A stretch of 57,052 bases of DNA from a virus: the IMG/VR virus record IMGVR_UViG_3300045988_165774, positions 1-57,052 of that record; one strand, given 5' to 3'. The position numbers were made by a program, and so were the translations under genes. Under the pieces are notes generated by a model. That model ran no database searches and had not been told where the DNA came from. It saw only the letters and a list, made by a program, of their open reading frames with translations. How positions within the stretch are numbered: the first letter of the stretch is position 1; each line of letters begins with the position of its first letter. This document shows positions 52,660 to 57,052 of this stretch, in pieces.

Positions 52660-53688
52660 TTAACCCCAAAAGCCATTACCGGCAGCATAAGGATTAAAAC
52701 CACCATACAAGCCGTATTGGTATGCCACACAGTTGGGAACTGCCGCAATAGGACTGTAAGGCACAGTCACAGTTTCCGGCTGCTTGCATTCAATCTTGGC
52801 AAGGCGTGCGCTTAAATCTGTCAAAGCGGCTCCAAGAGGTGCGGTAGCCTGGCCTACAATTTGAGAAGTCATAGCTGAACTCTTGTAAGTGCTGTTTTCT
52901 TCACGGAGCTTGTCAATTTTGTTCTGCATCTCACGCATTTCGGCAGCACGTTGGCCGGCAATAATCTGCTGTGTGCTTTCCTTGATGGAATTTTGCAAGT
53001 CACAGGTCTGACGTTGTGTCTCATAGGCCACGGATGCAAATCCTCTTTCCTGCCCGGTTGCAACACCATTAATTGCATTTTGCAGGGTGTTTGTCTGCTG
53101 ACAGATAGCCAGACGGTTCTCACAGCAGCATGATGCAATCTGTTGTGCAATCTGACAGTTACCGGATTGAATAGCGTTAATAATCTGCATAGAACTCTGC
53201 CCTACCTGATTTCCCACCTGTTGAATCTGTGACATTACACCATTGATAGCCTGCTGAACCTGACCGATTGAACAGTTCAGATTTGTTGCCAGATTGTTGA
53301 TAGCCTGACCGTTCCCTTGAATGGCACTCATTAGTAACTCCCTCCCTGTGTCGTTGTTAATCAGATTGGGGATTCCTGCTGCTCCATTGCCACCGCCAAA
53401 GCCACCATTTCCCCATCCGTTGTTACCCCAACCCATGAGGAAGAACAAGAAAATAACCCAAATAAACCATCCGCCTTCTCCACCGAATCCGTTATTATTA
53501 CGGCCTTGCATAGCTACAAGTAGGTTCGGATCGATCCCTTTTTGCTGAAGCAAAGGAGCCAACATGGCTAACATTCCACTTCCGCCTCCGTTCCCGCTTT
53601 CCGGGAAAACAAAAGTTTTTGATTCGCTCATTTTTATCGAATTTTGAATTACCCCGGCACCATTGCCGGATATCCCAAAATTCGACAT
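52660..53688 (-). CDS. Gly/Asn/Gln-rich protein with one TM helix and a Cys-containing coiled coil, 342 aa
   Basis: GGWFIWVIFLFFLMGWG hydrophobic segment flanked by GNGG repeats. QIASCCCENRLAICQQ. No family recognised. Confidence 0.6.
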   Translation of the reverse strand: MSNFGISGNGAGVIQNSIKMSESKTFVFPESGNGGGSGMLAMLAPLLQQKGIDPNLLVAMQGRNNNGFGGEGGWFIWVIFLFFLMGWGNNGWGNGGFGGGNGAAGIPNLINNDTGRELLMSAIQGNGQAINNLATNLNCSIGQVQQAINGVMSQIQQVGNQVGQSSMQIINAIQSGNCQIAQQIASCCCENRLAICQQTNTLQNAINGVATGQERGFASVAYETQRQTCDLQNSIKESTQQIIAGQRAAEMREMQNKIDKLREENSTYKSSAMTSQIVGQATAPLGAALTDLSARLAKIECKQPETVTVPYSPIAAVPNCVAYQYGLYGGFNPYAAGNGFWG

Positions 53689-53786
53689 AAATAGCTGCTT
53701 TATAAAAAGTTACATTCCTATACAATAGAAGTTTAAGGACTTAAAACAGAATAAATTTCCAATAAAAAAGAAAGTTTTATTTAGAT

Positions 53787-53819
53787 GTTGTGAATATCAA
53801 AAAATATTTCATACATTTG
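53787..53819 (+). promoter_or_regulatory. Promoter of cassette 3 (GTTG-N21-TACATTTG)
   Basis: -7 box at 53812-19. The -33 element is only TTG and the spacing is 21 nt. Confidence 0.45.
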
Positions 53820-53823
53820 TCTT

Positions 53824-54036
53824 GCTTAATCTTCTAATGACTGGCGGAGTAAGAGTACCCGCTGTATGGCGGTTTTTTTTATGCCTTATTGATTTGTATT
53901 TTCCATACTTTGTATTTTGTTGTTTGGAAAGGAAAATATTTGTCTAACGGCGTATACCCCCGTAAATCTGTTGTAATGGCAGATTTTAGCCAGTCATGAG
54001 GTGATTAAGCAGCGGGAAAGGTACGCCGTTTTTCTG
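53824..54036 (+). promoter_or_regulatory. Structured leader RNA of cassette 3
   Basis: GCTTAATC 53824-31 plus ATGACTGGC 53837-45 pair with GCCAGTCAT 53989-97 plus GATTAAGC 54003-10. AACGGCGTA 53946-54 pairs with TACGCCGTT 54022-30 and is followed by TTTT. Small hairpin CCGCT-GTAT-GGCGG plus T8 at 53859-80. Confidence 0.55.
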
Positions 54037-54061
54037 TACCTAAGTGCTTAATAAATATATC

Positions 54062-54349
54062 ATGACAAACACAAATCAAACCACCAACCATGGGAAAGGC
54101 ACAGACAATGTGCGTCACACTCACGAAACGGGCGAAATCTTATCACTAAAGCAGCAGCTTGAAACCTACAAAAGGCTGTTTGAAATCGAAAAGAATTGTA
54201 AGAATCAGGCTTATTTCTTCATTCTTTCATGCGGACATTTTGAGGAATACCGCGGATATTGCAAAACGCATCCTACAAATGTAGATTATCATTCTGCGTG
54301 TGTGGATGTTTTCAGACTTCAACATTTAAAAAGAGAAAACCATGAATGA
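54062..54349 (+). CDS. Small coiled-coil Cys/His protein, 95 aa (family member 3; ATG at 54062)
   Basis: CKNQAYFFILSCGHFEEYRGYCKTHPTNVDYHSACVDVF aligns with the C-terminal domain of the 36910 and 44614 proteins. Confidence 0.65.
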   Translation: MTNTNQTTNHGKGTDNVRHTHETGEILSLKQQLETYKRLFEIEKNCKNQAYFFILSCGHFEEYRGYCKTHPTNVDYHSACVDVFRLQHLKRENHE

Positions 54350-54962
54350 GTTGATTAAGATTGTGGAGAATGACGGTAAGAAAGCCGTTTCTGCACGGGA
54401 GCTTTACGAAAAATTAGGGTTTGCGCCTCAGCATTGGGCTAATTGGTATAAAAAGAATATTACTAATAATTCTTTTGCTGTTGAAAATGAAGATTATGCA
54501 CAACTCCCACTAAGTGGGAGAACAATTGATTTTGCCCTCTCTATCGACTTTGCTAAACGCCTTTCCATGATGGCACGTACCGAAACCGGTGAACAAATAC
54601 GTAATTATTTTATCGAAATAGAAAAACGTGCAACCAAACCATTAAGTCAGCTTGACATTTTAGCTCAGTCAATCCAAATCCTGCAAGCACAGGAAAAACG
54701 TATTTCAGAGATAGATGATCGAGTTAAAGTTATTGAGGCAAAACAGACTACACACCAAAACTGGTTTACCATTGCCGGATATGGAACACTTCTTAAAATA
54801 CAGGTCGGAATAAAACTGGCAGCAAGTTTGGGAAGGAAGGCATGTAATCTTTGCAGACAACTTGGCATTGAACCGGAGGAAATACCAGATCCGCGATTCG
54901 GGAAAGTCAAAACCTATCCCGAAAATGTTTTAAAGCAGGTATTTGATATGCCAATTAACTAA
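54342..54962 (+). CDS. AntA/AntB-type phage antirepressor-like DNA-binding protein, 206 aa
   Basis: VSARELYEKLGFAPQHWANWYKKNI ... FAVENEDYA ... DFALSIDFAKRLSMM pattern. Confidence 0.7.
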   Translation: MNELIKIVENDGKKAVSARELYEKLGFAPQHWANWYKKNITNNSFAVENEDYAQLPLSGRTIDFALSIDFAKRLSMMARTETGEQIRNYFIEIEKRATKPLSQLDILAQSIQILQAQEKRISEIDDRVKVIEAKQTTHQNWFTIAGYGTLLKIQVGIKLAASLGRKACNLCRQLGIEPEEIPDPRFGKVKTYPENVLKQVFDMPIN

Positions 54963-54965
54963 AAT

Positions 54966-55027
54966 AAGGGCATCGGAGTAACTGCAAGCTCTCACATTAG
55001 GCAGTCATTCCTTTGCCCTTTCCTTTT
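54966..55027 (+). terminator. Terminator-like long hairpin after cassette 3
   Basis: AAGGGCA 54966-72 / TGCCCTT 55014-20 with inner ACTGC/GCAGT, followed by TCCTTTT. Confidence 0.45.
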
Positions 55028-55083
55028 AACTGCATTGACTTGTGATTTGGCCGTCCCAGTCTTTGCAAAAAACATTCAAAGAT

Positions 55084-55458
55084 ATGAAAACAATACAATT
55101 AACAAAACAAAGTAGCGAAAATGAAGTTAAAGATTATTTCAAGGCTGTTCTAAAGTTAGCAAAATCAAAAGAAGAATTTCCGGTAAACTTGGAAGATGTT
55201 TGGCCATTGGTTTACACAAAGAAATCCGACGCAGTTGAGGCATTAAGAAGAGATTTTATTGAGAAGGAAGATTTCGTATCGCTCCGGCAAAATCCGCAAC
55301 CTGATTCTCAATGGATTAACCCAAATCCTAAAATAGACTATTTTATTTCAGTATCATGTCTTGAATATATATTCACTCTTCTTTTTCGCGGTGATTTAGT
55401 ATGTCAGCAATTGTCTTGTGACACAGCCCGGTCTGTTCCTTTATTTTATCATATATGA
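55084..55458 (+). CDS. Hypothetical protein, 124 aa (ATG at 55084); 3' end overlaps a convergent ORF
   Basis: N-terminal two thirds look protein-like (EEFPVNLEDVWPLVYTKKSDAVEALRRDF). The last roughly 30 aa are antisense to 55373..55576. Confidence 0.4.
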   Translation: MKTIQLTKQSSENEVKDYFKAVLKLAKSKEEFPVNLEDVWPLVYTKKSDAVEALRRDFIEKEDFVSLRQNPQPDSQWINPNPKIDYFISVSCLEYIFTLLFRGDLVCQQLSCDTARSVPLFYHI

Positions 55459-55576
55459 AAGAGCGTGGGAGCAAATGGAAAAAATCTGAATATTTTTCTG
55501 AATTTTTTAATTCTTCATATATGCTGATAACTTGTTTGTTACGCACCATCGTACTCGGCCTTTGTAATTTTTTCAT
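55373..55576 (-). CDS. Hypothetical small protein, 67 aa
   Basis: ORF track. Downstream of the lysis cassette on the same strand. Confidence 0.45.
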   Translation of the reverse strand: MKKLQRPSTMVRNKQVISIYEELKNSEKYSDFFHLLPRSFIYDKIKEQTGLCHKTIADILNHREKEE

Positions 55577-55692
55577 AAATTTTTCTCAAAAAAGTGCAAC
55601 CAATAAAAATCCTGTCCGTAAAACTCCCCGAAAGAAGTCTTACAGACAGGATGTAGTGGTGGTACGCTATATTTTTGAAGTGGGGCTTCTTT

Positions 55693-56070
55693 TTATATTT
55701 TGCCCCGGATAAACCGGATAATCTTTAATACAGACGGTATACTGAATGCTGCCAGTAAAATGATAAGCCACCACATTATACCGGGTACTTTGTTTTTTAC
55801 AACTTCAACCGGATAGGGGACCGCGATGCTATCTGTTTGGCTTATATTTACCGTATCATGCATAAGCCTATCACGATACACAATATGATATTTGTCTCTG
55901 AAAACTGTATCGCCTTTAACAAGAACAAATACACTGTCGCGTACATAGATACTATCCCGCTTTATCTTGTCAATGTATTCTTTCTCTGTCTTTACTGTCT
56001 CTACCGGCACGTACTGAATACTCCGGCAGGAGAATATAGAAAGGGCTATCAGTATAATTATTATCCTCAT
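55693..56070 (-). CDS. Unimolecular spanin-like lipoprotein, 125 aa
   Basis: N-terminal signal with a Cys (LIALSIFSC) plus a C-terminal TM helix (IMWWLIILLAAFSIPSVL). 4-nt overlap with the holin gene. Confidence 0.5.
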   Translation of the reverse strand: MRIIIILIALSIFSCRSIQYVPVETVKTEKEYIDKIKRDSIYVRDSVFVLVKGDTVFRDKYHIVYRDRLMHDTVNISQTDSIAVPYPVEVVKNKVPGIMWWLIILLAAFSIPSVLKIIRFIRGKI

Positions 56071-56501
56071 TTTTCTGTTTTTTCTTCTATGTCAATAATA
56101 TCAGACTTCCGCCTGAAAAATTTAAAAATATCGACCTTTACATGCCGACCGTGAGCTTCAAAGTAATTCCCATAACAGGAATTTATCTCAAACCCGTATA
56201 TGACCAACAGGACAATAGAAGGAAGCAGCGGAATGTCAAAAGGTTCTCCAAATGTCTTCCCTATAGCTCCGGCAAGAAGAATCCAGCATAAGTAATCTAC
56301 CATTTTGTTGATAGTCCTTCTCCCAGCCCGTGAAAACCGGATTCTTTCACCCCTTTTCTTGGATGCCGCTATCCCAAACCTCAGGTCTACGATAATTAAT
56401 ATCAGTGCAAGCAACATGAACCATTTTAAAGGTTCGATAAAATCCATAAAACCACTCATGAATACTGATACCATTGCCGAAATTGTGTTTCTTTCACTCA
56501 T
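56067..56501 (-). CDS. Holin, 144 aa
   Basis: Three to four hydrophobic helices and a basic loop (AASKKRGERIRFSRAGRR). Lies between the endolysin and the spanin. Confidence 0.65.
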   Translation of the reverse strand: MSERNTISAMVSVFMSGFMDFIEPLKWFMLLALILIIVDLRFGIAASKKRGERIRFSRAGRRTINKMVDYLCWILLAGAIGKTFGEPFDIPLLPSIVLLVIYGFEINSCYGNYFEAHGRHVKVDIFKFFRRKSDIIDIEEKTEK

Positions 56502-56546
56502 AATCTTAATTTAAATGTGGTACTTCTATCCCCTCCCGAAACATTG

Positions 56547-57005
56547 TTATAAACAATATTTTTTATAGTTCTCGACAAACTCCTTTACGGTCCCTCTGCC
56601 TAATGGCGTATTGTAATATTGTTTCCAGTATTCACCCATCGCCCAAACATCCTTATTCGAAGGTAATGCCTCCTTTACACGCAAATAATGTATGCGGGTC
56701 ATACAGATCATCAGCTTTTTGTTATCTACAAGCATTTCAGGTTCCAAAGTTACAACACTGGATGCTTTCATTACTTTCCCCATTAGTTCCGGTTTATGCC
56801 GGAGAAAATTAACCACAATATCATTGAAGGTTGCCGGCTCCATCTGCCCATATCCTAAAGCCGGACCACCGCCAATTTGCCGGGTGTACTTAAAATTGCT
56901 TTCCTGAGCAAACGTCCCCATGATAAGATCTCTTGCATTGTCAGAGTACAAGCCTGTTTCTTTCAGCGTTTCGGTTATTAACCTTCTCCATTCCTCTTTG
57001 TTCAT
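56547..57005 (-). CDS. Endolysin, lytic transglycosylase-like, 152 aa
   Basis: GTFAQESNFKYTRQIGGGPALGYGQME contains the catalytic Glu-Ser context of SLT-type enzymes. First gene of the lysis cassette. Confidence 0.6.
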   Translation of the reverse strand: MNKEEWRRLITETLKETGLYSDNARDLIMGTFAQESNFKYTRQIGGGPALGYGQMEPATFNDIVVNFLRHKPELMGKVMKASSVVTLEPEMLVDNKKLMICMTRIHYLRVKEALPSNKDVWAMGEYWKQYYNTPLGRGTVKEFVENYKKYCL

Positions 57006-57052
57006 ATTGTTTTATATTTCTAAATTATTCTTTTGTATTCTCAAAAAAAAAC
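56954..57052. repeat. Terminal direct repeat copy 2 (identical to 1..99)
   Basis: See copy 1. Confidence 0.9.

Larger units (their letters stand above)
1..57052. mobile_element. Complete circular temperate phage genome (about 56,953 bp unique)
   Basis: Virion, lysis, replication and integration modules are all present. The contig ends are identical over 99 bp. Confidence 0.85.

Noticed and set aside
1-57052. Stop-codon recoding / alternative genetic code
   Set aside because: All large late and replication genes are uninterrupted in the standard code, and the only complete tRNA reads Thr. No suppressor tRNA was seen.
1-57052. Retron, DGR or bridge-RNA interpretation of the long-range inverted repeats in the leaders
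   Set aside because: No reverse transcriptase, IS110-type recombinase or TnpB/IscB-like ORF exists in the genome. The leaders sit directly between promoters and translated genes.

Overview
The window is one complete, circularly closed temperate tailed-phage genome (siphovirus-like). It has about 56,953 bp of unique sequence. Bases 1-99 are identical to bases 56954-57052, and the cut falls inside the endolysin gene. A Bacteroidales host is inferred from three things: promoter boxes of the Bacteroidota type (TTTG-N19-21-TAnnTTTG), a Bacteroidota-style tyrosine integrase, and an attP carrying the 3' part of tRNA-Leu(CAA).

Layout:
- A minus-strand late operon runs 20381->177: TerS, TerL, portal, head morphogenesis, scaffold, decoration, capsid, connectors, major tail, G/GT chaperone with a -1 frameshift, tape measure, Dit, and a 1665-aa tail/receptor protein. 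It continues across the circle junction into endolysin-holin-spanin (57005->55693).
- A small insulated plus-strand operon lies at 20563-21982.
- Integrase plus attP lie at 22169-23790.
- An AT-rich lysogeny-side cargo operon with an HsdR-N/PD-(D/E)xK-like protein runs 25439->23879.
- The plus-strand early/replication region spans 25555-47997: RecT plus nuclease, NinG, SNF2 helicase, SSB, HNH proteins, MazG, DnaD-like initiator, DnaB, YopX.
- An accessory patch holds a NYN RNase-like protein, an HExxH protein and an AP2/zinc-ribbon protein.
- A five-gene low-complexity block runs 53688->50965.

Most unusual observations:
1. Three paralogous cassettes (about 36.7, 44.4 and 53.8 kb). Each has its own promoter, a roughly 200-nt leader with a covarying set of RNA pairings, a small Cys/His protein, and a Rha, KilA-N or AntA-type regulator. 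In cassettes 1 and 2 the pairings form a three-element switch.
2. A cluster of tRNA-related RNAs: a tRNA-Thr flanked by long hairpins, an acceptor/T-arm minihelix in the recT leader, and at 31.5 kb a tRNA-like gene with intact acceptor, D and T arms but about 110 extra nucleotides.

No CRISPR array, rRNA, transposase or reverse transcriptase was seen.
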